Shown: positions 49,012 to 59,263 of the stretch, piece after piece
Position numbering within the stretch: position 1 is the stretch's first letter
How the letters are laid out: every line of letters begins with the position of its first letter
Source: Calditrichaceae bacterium
GTDB lineage: Bacteria > Calditrichota > Calditrichia > Calditrichales > JBFXGD01
Assembly: GCA_050173015.1 (NCBI GenBank)
Contig: JBFXLE010000006.1
Span: 32,001 to 96,000 of the forward strand
Direction: 5' to 3'
Length of the DNA stretch: 64,000 bases
The notes under the pieces: generated by a model
Database searches by the model: none
What the model saw: only the letters and a program-made list of their open reading frames with translations
What the model was told of the DNA's origin: nothing
Position numbers and translations under genes: made by a program

Positions 49012-49029
49012 TTGTGAACAATTTAACAA
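49012..49029. promoter_or_regulatory. Rex-like operator
   Basis: TTGTGAACAATTTAACAA, 1 mismatch to TTGTGAA-N4-TTCACAA; weaker second site TTGCTAAAAATTTCACAT at 49065-49082. Confidence 0.6.
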
Positions 49030-49337
49030 ATAATATCGGCAAAAAGCAATGAAAGATTAATATATTGCTAAAAATTTCACATTAAGTTTAATTTTAAAGA
49101 TTTTTTATACAGAATGAGAAAAATATTCTATGGCAGCAATTATATTTAAAAGGATCCGGTTTAAGAATATGTGACTAAAATATGATTAGAGGGGATCGAA
49201 ATAATTTTGGAATTGAAATGGAAAATCCTTAATTTCTTTTACTTTTTTAGCGGGTTATATCTGATATTAATTTATTTTTCCTTCCGCTGATTTTTTTCAA
49301 TATTCGGTTTAGATTTTAGTTTCCGGAGACCAGTAGT

Positions 49338-50606
49338 ATGGATTTAAAAATTCAGTTTGAACAATATTTTTTGGATAATGGTCTGCGTGTGATTCTGCAT
49401 GAAGATCACCGTATTCCCGTTGTTGCTGTTAATCTTTGGTATCATGTGGGTTCCGGAAATGAACGCAAAGGCCGGACAGGATTCGCGCATTTGTTTGAAC
49501 ATATGATGTTTCAGGGGAGTGAGCATGTGGGAAGCGACAAGCATTTCAAACTTGTTCAGTCCGCCGGTGGCAATCTGAACGGATCGACTTTTTTTGACCG
49601 AACCAATTATTATGAAACCCTGCCTTCACATTATCTGGAAATGGGGCTCTGGCTGGAATCAGACCGTATGGGATTTCTTCTGCCGGCCATGACTCAGGAA
49701 AAACTTGATAATCAGCGTGATGTCGTTAAGAACGAACGACGTCAGCGAGTTGACAATCAGCCTTATGGTCTATGGCTCGAAAAGATTCTTGAGCTCTCAT
49801 ATCCTGATGATTTTTCGTATCACTGGCCCATTATAGGTTATATGGAGGATCTTGAGGCGGCAACCCTGGATGATATCCGGCAGTTTTTCAAAATGTATTA
49901 TGCCCCACGAAACGCTTCACTGACGCTGGCCGGAGATTTTGATCCGGCTCAGGCCCGGGCGCTTATAGAAAAATATTTCGGTGAAATTAAAAATGATGAG
50001 GTAAAACCTCCCGCGGTCGTGCCGTTTGAAGGCTTTTACAAGGGGGAAAAACGGGATGTATTGATGGATAACGTTCAGCTCCCCCGGATATATATGGCGT
50101 ATCATGTACCGCCTTACGGAACCGATGAATGGTACGCGCTGGATCTAATGTCAGATATCCTTTCAGCAGGAAAAAGTTCACGACTGTATCAGTCTCTGGT
50201 TTATGATTTGCAGATTGCTCAGGACGCATTCGCGTTTATTCTTCCGATGCAGCGAAGTTCTCTGATGATATTTATAATCACTCCAAAACCGGGGGTAGAA
50301 ATCGATTTTCTGGAGTCAGCGCTTGAAAAGGAAATTGAAAGAGTGAAATCGGACCTGATTGAAACCGGAGAGCTGGATCGTGTCGTAAACCAAATTGAGG
50401 CGAGAAAAACACGAGAACTTCAATCAAATGCATCTAAAGCCGATATGTTAAATATGTTTGCCACCTATTTTGATAAACCTGAACTTATCAATGAAGAAAT
50501 TGATCGCTATCATTTAGTAAACCCGGAAAAGATGAGAGACGCGGCGCAAAAATATCTGAATATTGACAACCGCGCGGTTGTAACTTTTTTACCAAAAACG
50601 AAATAA
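49338..50606 (+). CDS. M16B zinc peptidase, catalytic subunit
   Basis: GFAHLFEHMMF (HxxEH), NGST..DRTNY, VVKNERR. Confidence 0.93.
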   Translation: MDLKIQFEQYFLDNGLRVILHEDHRIPVVAVNLWYHVGSGNERKGRTGFAHLFEHMMFQGSEHVGSDKHFKLVQSAGGNLNGSTFFDRTNYYETLPSHYLEMGLWLESDRMGFLLPAMTQEKLDNQRDVVKNERRQRVDNQPYGLWLEKILELSYPDDFSYHWPIIGYMEDLEAATLDDIRQFFKMYYAPRNASLTLAGDFDPAQARALIEKYFGEIKNDEVKPPAVVPFEGFYKGEKRDVLMDNVQLPRIYMAYHVPPYGTDEWYALDLMSDILSAGKSSRLYQSLVYDLQIAQDAFAFILPMQRSSLMIFIITPKPGVEIDFLESALEKEIERVKSDLIETGELDRVVNQIEARKTRELQSNASKADMLNMFATYFDKPELINEEIDRYHLVNPEKMRDAAQKYLNIDNRAVVTFLPKTK

Positions 50607-50624
50607 ATTATTTAAGAGGAATAG

Positions 50625-51998
50625 ATGAATCGGACCATTGATCGCAAAAAAATACCGGCGCCGGGGGAATACAGACCCTTCCATTTCCCGGAATATGAGA
50701 GCTTCACAATTGCAAACGGTCTAAAGGTCATACACGCGCCGTACGGCGATCTGCCTCTGGTCAGTATCAATCTTTGTATCCGAACTGGCGCATTGATTGA
50801 GAAGGAAGGCCGTGAAGGGCTGGCGAATTTTACTTCGGAATTACTATCTGAAGGCACAAAGTCCCGATCATCAGTGAATATTGCCAATGAACTTGAATTC
50901 CTTGGCGCGCATCTGGATATATTTTCTGATTGGAATGCCACATATGTGGAAATAAATACGCTCAAGAAGCATTTGGAAAGCGCAATGGATGTTTATGCCG
51001 ACATTTTATTTAATCCGACTTTTCCGGAGAGAGAATTTGAAAGGATAAAAAAGGAATTACTCACCGATAGACTTCAGGGCATGGATAATCCGTCAAAAAT
51101 CGCGAATGAGCGGTTCGCGGAATTCCTTTACGGAGATTTTAGATATGCGCGTCCGCTGGAGGGAAATGAAAATTCGCTTCAGAATATTACGCTGGAGGAG
51201 ATAAGAACTTTTTATCTCGACCAATATATACCGAATAATGCCGTGCTGGTGGTAGTAGGGGATATTTCCCGGGGGGAAGCGGAAGAACTTGTCAAAAAGT
51301 ATTTTTCTGAGTGGCGGCGAGGAACTTCTGTTGATTTTAAGGTGCCTGAGTTTAAAAATCCGGAGAATACATCCGTAAAACTGATACATAAAGAGGGCGC
51401 TGTTCAGACAGAGTTGAGAATAGGTCATCATGGTATTGAAAGAAACCACCCCGACTTTTATTCAGTGGCGTTAATGAATGAAATACTGGGCGGGTATTTC
51501 CTTTCCAGGATCAATATGAATCTCAGAGAAGAACATGGTTATACTTATGGCGCCGGTTCAAAATTTAATTTTAGACGGGGAACCGGACCCTTTCAGATTT
51601 CCACCGCGGCGGATATTCGTTATACCTTTGAAACGATCACCGAAATATTTAACGAGATAAGGGAAATACAGCTCGCGGAAGTGACCGATGATGAAATTCA
51701 GAATTCGAAAGGTCATCTCACCGGAATATTTCCGGTGGCATTTGAAACCGCGGATCAAATTGCTCTTGGTCTGGCGAATATTGTGGTGTTTGATTTGCCT
51801 CATGACTATTACCGTACTTTCAGGGATAAAATTAACAAAGTAACAAAGGAAGATATCCGGCGCGCGGCAAATAAATTTATCAATCCCGAGCAAATGTTTA
51901 TCGTCGCTACTACTGACCGCGTTAAAACGGAGGACAGACTCCGCGAATTATTTGATGTTACAGTATATGATATTATGGGGAATAAAATCGATTCCTGA
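50625..51998 (+). CDS. M16B peptidase partner subunit (no HxxEH)
   Basis: M16 fold; HxxEH replaced by NFTSE; SRINMNLREEHGYTYG. Confidence 0.88.
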   Translation: MNRTIDRKKIPAPGEYRPFHFPEYESFTIANGLKVIHAPYGDLPLVSINLCIRTGALIEKEGREGLANFTSELLSEGTKSRSSVNIANELEFLGAHLDIFSDWNATYVEINTLKKHLESAMDVYADILFNPTFPEREFERIKKELLTDRLQGMDNPSKIANERFAEFLYGDFRYARPLEGNENSLQNITLEEIRTFYLDQYIPNNAVLVVVGDISRGEAEELVKKYFSEWRRGTSVDFKVPEFKNPENTSVKLIHKEGAVQTELRIGHHGIERNHPDFYSVALMNEILGGYFLSRINMNLREEHGYTYGAGSKFNFRRGTGPFQISTAADIRYTFETITEIFNEIREIQLAEVTDDEIQNSKGHLTGIFPVAFETADQIALGLANIVVFDLPHDYYRTFRDKINKVTKEDIRRAANKFINPEQMFIVATTDRVKTEDRLRELFDVTVYDIMGNKIDS

Positions 51999-52159
51999 AA
52001 ATGAATATGGGACGATCTGCATGCAATGAACAAGAAAGCGCTATGTGGGTATATTTTTATCAATAAGCGATAATTAATTCTTGACATATATCAAGTCGTT
52101 AGCCTATTTTTATATAAGCCCTCCTTTCACGGCAACAAATATCTGTAGGATTAAGAATC

Positions 52160-52732
52160 ATGCACAAAAAACTGATGTTTGAGACCAAAGGAAATGTAGA
52201 ACTATTAAGTCAGAAGAGAATAGCTGTTTTTGCGTCAAAAAACACACCTGCTGAGCTGTTCAGAGCCGCTGAAGAGCTTTTTGACATCATGTCCAATCTT
52301 CCCCTGAGTATCGCCGGAGGATGGCAGGCGCCTCTTGAAAAGTCATTGCTTCAACGCGCGGATTCCGATAAATGCGCCAATTACATTATCTATCTTGCCC
52401 AAAATATCAGTAATTTTAAATTAAGTTTATTTATGGAAAAAGTAATGACGGAGAAAAAGTTACTGATTGTTTCACCCGGAATTCATCAGGCAAGAGCATC
52501 CGCTTTTGAGATAAAAAAGCGTGACAAATTGATATTTACGCAAATCAAAACGATCTTATTTTTATATATCTCGCCGGGTGGAATGCTCGAAAAATATTTC
52601 AACGAATTGAGCCAACTAAAATACCAGATATTTGTTCTGGATCATCCCCTGAACCATGCTTTTTTTACAAAAGACAGTATTCCGGTCAATCAGGATAATA
52701 TTGAACATCTACTGGGTGAAAGAAAGGCTTAA
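52160..52732 (+). CDS. Short DprA/SLOG-like protein
   Basis: GNVELLSQKRIAVFAS...IAGGWQAPLEK...LLIVSP...KRD; TTGACA at 52081. Confidence 0.55.
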   Translation: MHKKLMFETKGNVELLSQKRIAVFASKNTPAELFRAAEELFDIMSNLPLSIAGGWQAPLEKSLLQRADSDKCANYIIYLAQNISNFKLSLFMEKVMTEKKLLIVSPGIHQARASAFEIKKRDKLIFTQIKTILFLYISPGGMLEKYFNELSQLKYQIFVLDHPLNHAFFTKDSIPVNQDNIEHLLGERKA

Positions 52733-54642
52733 CGCGCTTTTTTTCCTAAAAACCGGACGATAAAAATAATCACTGTCCCACCGGCCAGAAGAGCCTCCCA
52801 GCCATGCAGGCCAAACCCTACCGGCAGATATCCAAACAGCATGCTGATCGCTGCTACCATAAGAGCATACGGTAATTGTGTACGCACATGGTCGATATGA
52901 TCCGCGCCCGATGCCATCGATGACATGATGGTTGTGTCGGAAATGGGTGAACAGTGATCGCCGAAAGTTGCTCCGGCAAGTATGGATGCAATCGAACTGA
53001 GAAATATTTCCATTTTTAACGCCTCGGATAACGACGGATCCGCTGCCGGGAGATGGTAAGCAAGAGGAATGACGATTGGTGTAAGGATGGCCATCGTTCC
53101 CCAGGAAGTTCCCGTGGCAAAGGCAATAACACCGGCTATCGAAAAAGACAATAAGGGTAAAAAATGCGGTGACAATAAATTGCCGGTGATACTTACAACA
53201 TAATCAGCCGTTTGAATATCAGCGCAAATATTGCCTATGGCCCAGGCCATCGTGAGAATAAGCGCGGCCATGACCATGGATTTAACACCGCCGACCCAGG
53301 CCATTATGGATTCGTTAAGATCAAGAATGCGTTGACTCACCGCCAGAATGATAGCCGCAATACTACCAAAAAATGCAGCCCACATAAGAACAGCAAATGA
53401 GTCGGCATTTCCTATTATTGTACTTGTAAAACGGATAAATCCCATGGAATCTATCTGCTGCTGGGAAAGCTGAGTGTTATTGATTCCGGTAAACCAAAGC
53501 CCTAACAAGGTCGAAAGGGTGACGACCGCGATTGGGATGAATGCATTGTACCATCTCAACGGGGCGCCTTCTCGAACAGATAATTCGGCATTATTGATGT
53601 CGGCCAGCGGAACAGCGCCGTCGCGCATCAGACCTTCAGAACTGGCAGCGCGTTTTTCCGCCCGATACATTGAAAAAAAATCACGTCCGAAAAAAGCGAT
53701 TGCAAAACCGAAAAGTAGTCCGAACAGGGGATAATAATTAAAGGGGATCGTTTTAAAAAATACAATATAGGCGTTTTCCTTAAGACCTATCGTTTGGAAG
53801 GCACTGCTTATAAGGCTTAATTCGTAACCGATCCAGGTTGAGATGATAGCGATATTTGCCACCGGCGCCGCGGTGGAATCGACCAGGTAAGCTAGTTTTT
53901 CACGGCTGATTTTAAGGCGGTCGGTCAGAGGGCGCATGGTGTTGCCTACAATAAGAGTGTTGGCGTAATCATCAAAAAATATCAGAACACCCATCAACCA
54001 TGTCGCGATTTGGCCGCGTCGGGCCGTCGATGCGTGACGTGATAACTTTTCAACGATCCCCTGGGTGCCTCCCGATTTACTAATCACACCAACCATGCCT
54101 CCGAGGGTCAGGCTGAAGATCAGAATAGAAGTTCGTTCGGGATCTGCGGGCGCTTTCGCGATATATTCCGTCAGACTATATAAAAATCCTGTAAAAAGAT
54201 TGTAATCGTAGATGAATGTGGCTCCGATCCAGACTCCGGCAAATAGGGCAATAAGCACCTGTCGCGTAACAAGAGCAAGGATAATCGCGATAAGCGGGGG
54301 CAGAAGACTCAGCCAACCGGGAATGACAACAATCTCCTGATCAAAATTATGGTGCTCATCGAACAGCCTGTATGTGCCGGATTCCGTAAACTTAACATCC
54401 GGTGCCGTCATCTTATTATCCAGAACAGGTAATTCCCGTTTAGATAAGATGACGCCTTCCCGCTCAATAAAAATAACGGTGGAAGAGTCATCTCCGGAGT
54501 CCGTCCGGAATGATAACTGATAAGTCACACCGGAAATATAAACCGCTTTTTTATTAATAAAATGATCTGTCCCGGGCTCTCCGGACAGAGTATAATGGAC
54601 GAACAGAAATAAGAAGATTAAAACGGATCTGACTAATGACAT
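52729..54642 (-). CDS. Na+/H+ antiporter NhaC family protein with N-terminal extension
   Basis: IFFDDYAN, DSTAAP, FATGTSWGT, GDHCSPISDTT, HVRTQLPY. Confidence 0.9.
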   Translation of the reverse strand: MSLVRSVLIFLFLFVHYTLSGEPGTDHFINKKAVYISGVTYQLSFRTDSGDDSSTVIFIEREGVILSKRELPVLDNKMTAPDVKFTESGTYRLFDEHHNFDQEIVVIPGWLSLLPPLIAIILALVTRQVLIALFAGVWIGATFIYDYNLFTGFLYSLTEYIAKAPADPERTSILIFSLTLGGMVGVISKSGGTQGIVEKLSRHASTARRGQIATWLMGVLIFFDDYANTLIVGNTMRPLTDRLKISREKLAYLVDSTAAPVANIAIISTWIGYELSLISSAFQTIGLKENAYIVFFKTIPFNYYPLFGLLFGFAIAFFGRDFFSMYRAEKRAASSEGLMRDGAVPLADINNAELSVREGAPLRWYNAFIPIAVVTLSTLLGLWFTGINNTQLSQQQIDSMGFIRFTSTIIGNADSFAVLMWAAFFGSIAAIILAVSQRILDLNESIMAWVGGVKSMVMAALILTMAWAIGNICADIQTADYVVSITGNLLSPHFLPLLSFSIAGVIAFATGTSWGTMAILTPIVIPLAYHLPAADPSLSEALKMEIFLSSIASILAGATFGDHCSPISDTTIMSSMASGADHIDHVRTQLPYALMVAAISMLFGYLPVGFGLHGWEALLAGGTVIIFIVRFLGKKAR

Positions 54643-54790
54643 TTTTTCTCCGGGAACTATTCAAATTGCGATTATAAGATATTTTTACCGGCAGTTTAAA
54701 AATAAAAATACAAACATTTAAAGTAAAGCAAAATTTACACGCCGGACAGCGCTAATAAGGCAAAATAAAGAATTAATCAAGTTATATGAC

Positions 54791-54819
54791 TTGATTTGAT
54801 ACACTAAGCTGGTTAAATT
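54791..54819 (+). promoter_or_regulatory. Sigma70-type promoter
   Basis: TTGATT-N17-TAAATT. Confidence 0.5.
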
Positions 54820-54843
54820 ATGCGTTTTAATCGGGGTGATAAA

Positions 54844-56157
54844 ATGAGAATATATCTGTGCCTAGTGATCATTTCAGTGTTGATCTCTTCGTCGATGGCT
54901 CAGGAACAGCAGGATGTACTAAAGGTTAAGACCCGGTACGGTTACGAGATTAACCGTAGACCAGCCATCAACTTCAACATTTTTGTGAATAATGATCATA
55001 TTGTCAATAATCCACATGTTTCCCTGGCCGTAGCGATTCAAAATGACGTTCTTCAATTTGAGAGGAAGGGGTCTGAATTTAAATCGGCTTTTCAGACCAC
55101 GATAGCTATCAGAAGTAAAGAGGGAGAACAGACCATTCTCACTGAAACATTTTCAGAAGATGTGGTCATAGAAAATTTTGAAGAGACGAATTCCCGGCAT
55201 AAATACCAATATAAATTATACAAATTAACCGATCTCAATTCATCGGGCATAATAAAGCTGGTCCCCGGCGAATATGAATGTTTGCTTGAAATAAGAGATT
55301 TGATCAGCAAAAAAACATATAATAGTAAACGTCCGTTTTCTGTCAAAAAAAAATCTGCTGAAGAAAAATATCAAACTTCCGAAGTAACGTTTTTAATAAA
55401 AAATCCGACAAATATAGATGATATCCCACTTCTCCCGAGTTTCTCCGCGATCGACTTTGCAGGGGATAATTACGCTTATCTCCGATTAATGGCGGTCCCG
55501 GATGACAGTCTTGTGATAAATGTCAGAATGTACCGCACGCGGAAGTTGGAAGATCAACTAATCCATCAGGAATTTATCAGTGTCATTCCTGACTCAGAGA
55601 TTGCTGACATCATTTACAAGATGCCGTCCAATCTTCTGGAAGAAGGAGAATATAAAATCAGGTTTAGTACGGGCGGTGAAAAATATCCTGTTAACCAGGT
55701 AAAAGAATTCTCGGTGGTGTGGTTCACAAAACCGGTATATCTGTACAGGACGGATCTGGCTCTGAGGCCGATGAAATATCTTCTTAAAGAAGATGAATTG
55801 AAAAATGTAAAAAAGATGAACGCGGATAAGATGACGGCCTGGTTTACGAATTACTGGAAAGAAAAAGATCCCTCTCCCGAAACGGTTTATAATGAACTTC
55901 AGGACGAATTTTATCAGCGCGTTGATGAGGCAAACAGAAAATTTCTGTCCCGGTTTAAGGAAGGCTGGGAAACGGACAGAGGGCAGATTTTTCTTCTTTA
56001 CGGAGAGCCGCAGAAAATAGAGAACCGCAGGTACGCGACCTCGACAGTTCCATATATTGTCTGGCTTTATAATGAAGGTAAGGTGTCGTTTATTTTTGTT
56101 GATCAGGATAAAAATGGAGAGTTCCGGTTGTTGAAAAATGTGAATGGAAAGGAATAA
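54844..56157 (+). CDS. GWxTD domain-containing secreted protein
   Basis: YWKEKDPSP...NE...RV..AN...GWETDRG; signal peptide from MRIYL. Confidence 0.88.
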   Translation: MRIYLCLVIISVLISSSMAQEQQDVLKVKTRYGYEINRRPAINFNIFVNNDHIVNNPHVSLAVAIQNDVLQFERKGSEFKSAFQTTIAIRSKEGEQTILTETFSEDVVIENFEETNSRHKYQYKLYKLTDLNSSGIIKLVPGEYECLLEIRDLISKKTYNSKRPFSVKKKSAEEKYQTSEVTFLIKNPTNIDDIPLLPSFSAIDFAGDNYAYLRLMAVPDDSLVINVRMYRTRKLEDQLIHQEFISVIPDSEIADIIYKMPSNLLEEGEYKIRFSTGGEKYPVNQVKEFSVVWFTKPVYLYRTDLALRPMKYLLKEDELKNVKKMNADKMTAWFTNYWKEKDPSPETVYNELQDEFYQRVDEANRKFLSRFKEGWETDRGQIFLLYGEPQKIENRRYATSTVPYIVWLYNEGKVSFIFVDQDKNGEFRLLKNVNGKE

Positions 56158-56163
56158 TTATTT

Positions 56164-57174
56164 ATGGATAAGACCAGAGTCGGAGTAATCGGTGTAGGTC
56201 ACCTGGGTAAACTGCACGCTTCTCTTTACAGGGAAGTTGATGACGCGTACCTGGTTGGCATCTATGATGTTGATACAGAAAAATCAAAAAAAGTCGCGGA
56301 AGAATTACAGATAAGCGTGTTTGAAAATATGGACAGTTTGATTAAGCAGGTTGACGCGGTAAATATCGTTACTCCGACAATCACGCATTTTGAAATTGCG
56401 TTAAAAGCTTTGGAACAGGGTAAACATGTTTTTTTGGAAAAGCCGATTACTTATAAGGAAGAAGAAGCCCGGGCGTTGATCGAATCCGCGGCAAAAAACA
56501 ATTGTAAAATTCAGGTTGGACATATTGAGCGATTCAATTCCGCATTACTCGCGCTTGAGGATGTAACTTTGAATCCCTTGTTTATAGAAGCTCATCGTCT
56601 GGCTTCCTTTAATCCGAGAGGAACCGATGTGGCTGTGATTCTTGATCTGATGATTCATGATTTGGATCTGATTCTGCATCTGGTAAAGAGCAAGCCCGTA
56701 CATATCGATGCCAGCGGTGTCGGTGTTATTTCATCCACCATTGACATTGCCAACGCGCGGATTGAATTTGAAAACGGATGTGTGGCAAATGTAACCGCGA
56801 GCCGAATTTCGGCGAAAAAAATGCGAAAAATGCGAATTTTCCAGAAAAATGCGTATATATCACTGGATTTCGCGGATGGTTTTTCTGAAATCTTTTTTAT
56901 ACCGTCTGAAAATCAGATGCCGTTTCATGATGGTACTCTGGCTTTTTCACTCGGGCAGATAGATGAAGGGGAGAATAAGCGTGAAATTAAGTATAACCGG
57001 CTGCAGCGTTCAAACACAAATCCGCTAAGGTCGGAATTGAGTCATTTTGTTGACGCGATTCGTAACGATATTCCGGTTGCGGTTTCCGCCGAAGACGGGC
57101 TTGAAGCATTGAGCCTCGCTAACCAGGTACTTCAAAAAATAGAGAGTCACAGAATAAAAATAAAGGAACTTTAA
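56164..57174 (+). CDS. Gfo/Idh/MocA oxidoreductase (GnnA-like UDP-GlcNAc 3-dehydrogenase)
   Basis: GVGHLG, EKP, VGHIERFN, DVAVILDLMIHD, TASRIS. Confidence 0.8.
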   Translation: MDKTRVGVIGVGHLGKLHASLYREVDDAYLVGIYDVDTEKSKKVAEELQISVFENMDSLIKQVDAVNIVTPTITHFEIALKALEQGKHVFLEKPITYKEEEARALIESAAKNNCKIQVGHIERFNSALLALEDVTLNPLFIEAHRLASFNPRGTDVAVILDLMIHDLDLILHLVKSKPVHIDASGVGVISSTIDIANARIEFENGCVANVTASRISAKKMRKMRIFQKNAYISLDFADGFSEIFFIPSENQMPFHDGTLAFSLGQIDEGENKREIKYNRLQRSNTNPLRSELSHFVDAIRNDIPVAVSAEDGLEALSLANQVLQKIESHRIKIKEL

Positions 57175-57189
57175 TCGAAAGGATTTAGA

Positions 57190-57762
57190 GTGAAAATTGG
57201 TGAAATTCTATTCAAGACCCGCGGATATCTGCCTGTTCCGTTTATCATTGTCGCCCTGATTTGGGCGGAGCCAAACAGTATTTTACTCATTACCGGAGTA
57301 TTAATGGTGATTTCGGGTGAACTCATTCGGATATGGGGGGTGAGTTATGCCGGAGGCGCCACAAGAACAAGAAAAGTCGGCGCGAAGAAACTTGTGACGA
57401 ACGGCCCGTTCGCTTTCGTGAGAAATCCCCTGTATCTGGGTAATATGTTAATGTATAATGGCGTTATGGTTCTTAGCGGGAGTTTACTGCCATATTCCCT
57501 GATCCTGATGTTCATTTTCTCTTTTGTACAGTATCACTTTATTGTCAAGCTGGAAGAGGGAAAACTCAGTGAATTATTCGGAACTGAATATATACAGTAT
57601 CACGATAATGTGCCGAGGTTTTTTCCGAAACTGATACCATACAAAAATAAATCAGATTTTATACCCGATGTAAAGGGCGCGATAAGATCAGAACGCAGCA
57701 CCTTTTACGCGCAATTTGCCGTTCTCATGGTTTTTGCGATGAGATTTTATTTGGGCGCGTAA
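57190..57762 (+). CDS. Isoprenylcysteine carboxyl methyltransferase-family membrane methyltransferase
   Basis: LVTNGPFAFVRNPLYLGN, EE..L...FG..Y..Y...VPRF. Confidence 0.85.
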   Translation: MKIGEILFKTRGYLPVPFIIVALIWAEPNSILLITGVLMVISGELIRIWGVSYAGGATRTRKVGAKKLVTNGPFAFVRNPLYLGNMLMYNGVMVLSGSLLPYSLILMFIFSFVQYHFIVKLEEGKLSELFGTEYIQYHDNVPRFFPKLIPYKNKSDFIPDVKGAIRSERSTFYAQFAVLMVFAMRFYLGA

Positions 57763-57815
57763 AAAATTATGTAAAAAGTAACGATAAACAATAAATCCGC
57801 ATGTCCGGAGGTATT

Positions 57816-59231
57816 ATGTTTAGTGGATCAAACGGAAAGTATCATCTTGATGGTATTAAATCATATATTGTCGGTTATGATAAATCGGTTCCACTTCTGA
57901 ATGGAGAGAAGAAAAGATATATTAATTTTGACAACGCCGCAAGCACCCCCACACTCCGACCTGTCTTAGACACCGTAAATGACTTCATGAACTGGTATTC
58001 GAGCATTCATCGCGGTACAGGATTCAAATCACAGTTAAGCACACACCTTTATGAACAGAGCAGAGATATTGTCAGACAATTCTTCAATGTTCATGATGAT
58101 GAACACACTATTATTTTTGGGAAAAACGCGACCGAGGCCATTAATAAGCTGGCGCGGAGAATACCATTAAAAGATGACAGCGTCATACTTGTTTCGAAAA
58201 TGGAGCATCATTCAAATGATTTACCATGGAGAATGCGCGCCAAAGTAGCGCACATAGATGTTGACGGAAGCGGGCGACTGAATATGGATGATCTGAAGCA
58301 AAAACTGGTTGAGTATGAAGGACGTATTCAGCTGGTGGCGATAACCGGCGCATCGAATGTGACCGGGTTTATCAATCCGATGAAAGATATCGCGCGAATG
58401 GTACATGCTCACGGCGCGGAGTTAATGGTGGATGCGGCGCAGCTTGCTCCGCACCGGTCCATTGATATGGGAGCGCAAGATGATCCGGCGCATATAGATT
58501 ATCTTGCTTTTTCAGCTCATAAGATCTATGCGCCATTTGGTTTGGGGGTCCTTGTTGCCAATCGCAAAGCTTTTTCCGAAGGCAGCCCTGATTATGTCGG
58601 TGGAGGCACGGTGGATATTGTCTCCATTGATCATGTATTCTGGACCGATGTTCCGGAGAAGGAAGAAGCCGGAACTCCAAATGTTGTGGGAGCGATCGCT
58701 CTTGCAAAAGCGCTGCAGATCGTTTCAGAAATCGGCATGGATCAAATCGCCGCACATGAGGCAAGGCTCACGGCGTACTCACTGAAAAAAATGAAAAAAA
58801 TCCCCGGGATGATGATCTACGGCTCCATCGATGAATCGGAGGTCGAAAACCGTCTTGGAGTGATATCATTCAATCTGCTGAATAAAGACCACGCGCTTGT
58901 GGCGGCGATAATGAATTATGAAAGCGCTATAGGTGTTCGAAATGGTTGTTTTTGCGCGCATCCGTATATTAAATGCCTGCTTGGTGTCACGGTCGATGAG
59001 AATTTACAGCTGGAAGAACGTATTCTCCACAAAGACCGCAGTCTTATCCCGGGGGCGGTTAGAATGAGTTTTGGCATGTATAATGATGAATCGGAAATCG
59101 ATCAGTTTATCGAAATGATCGAAAAAATCGCCAGAGATGAATACAAAGGTAAATACATACAGGAAAAGTGTACCGGGGAATACAAGCCGGAAAATTTTGA
59201 CTTAAAGTTTGATCAGTATTTCAAGCTATAA
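57816..59231 (+). CDS. Class V PLP aminotransferase / SufS-like cysteine desulfurase
   Basis: FDNAAST, MEHHSN, DAAQ, SAHK, EAGTPN, RNGCFCA; start after GGAGG. Confidence 0.85.
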   Translation: MFSGSNGKYHLDGIKSYIVGYDKSVPLLNGEKKRYINFDNAASTPTLRPVLDTVNDFMNWYSSIHRGTGFKSQLSTHLYEQSRDIVRQFFNVHDDEHTIIFGKNATEAINKLARRIPLKDDSVILVSKMEHHSNDLPWRMRAKVAHIDVDGSGRLNMDDLKQKLVEYEGRIQLVAITGASNVTGFINPMKDIARMVHAHGAELMVDAAQLAPHRSIDMGAQDDPAHIDYLAFSAHKIYAPFGLGVLVANRKAFSEGSPDYVGGGTVDIVSIDHVFWTDVPEKEEAGTPNVVGAIALAKALQIVSEIGMDQIAAHEARLTAYSLKKMKKIPGMMIYGSIDESEVENRLGVISFNLLNKDHALVAAIMNYESAIGVRNGCFCAHPYIKCLLGVTVDENLQLEERILHKDRSLIPGAVRMSFGMYNDESEIDQFIEMIEKIARDEYKGKYIQEKCTGEYKPENFDLKFDQYFKL

Positions 59232-59263
59232 AAATCAGCGGAATTCATTCAATTCATTGAGAT

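Noticed and set aside
50625..51998. Inactivated peptidase pseudogene
   Set aside because: Intact ORF; loss of HxxEH is normal for the partner subunit of heterodimeric M16B peptidases
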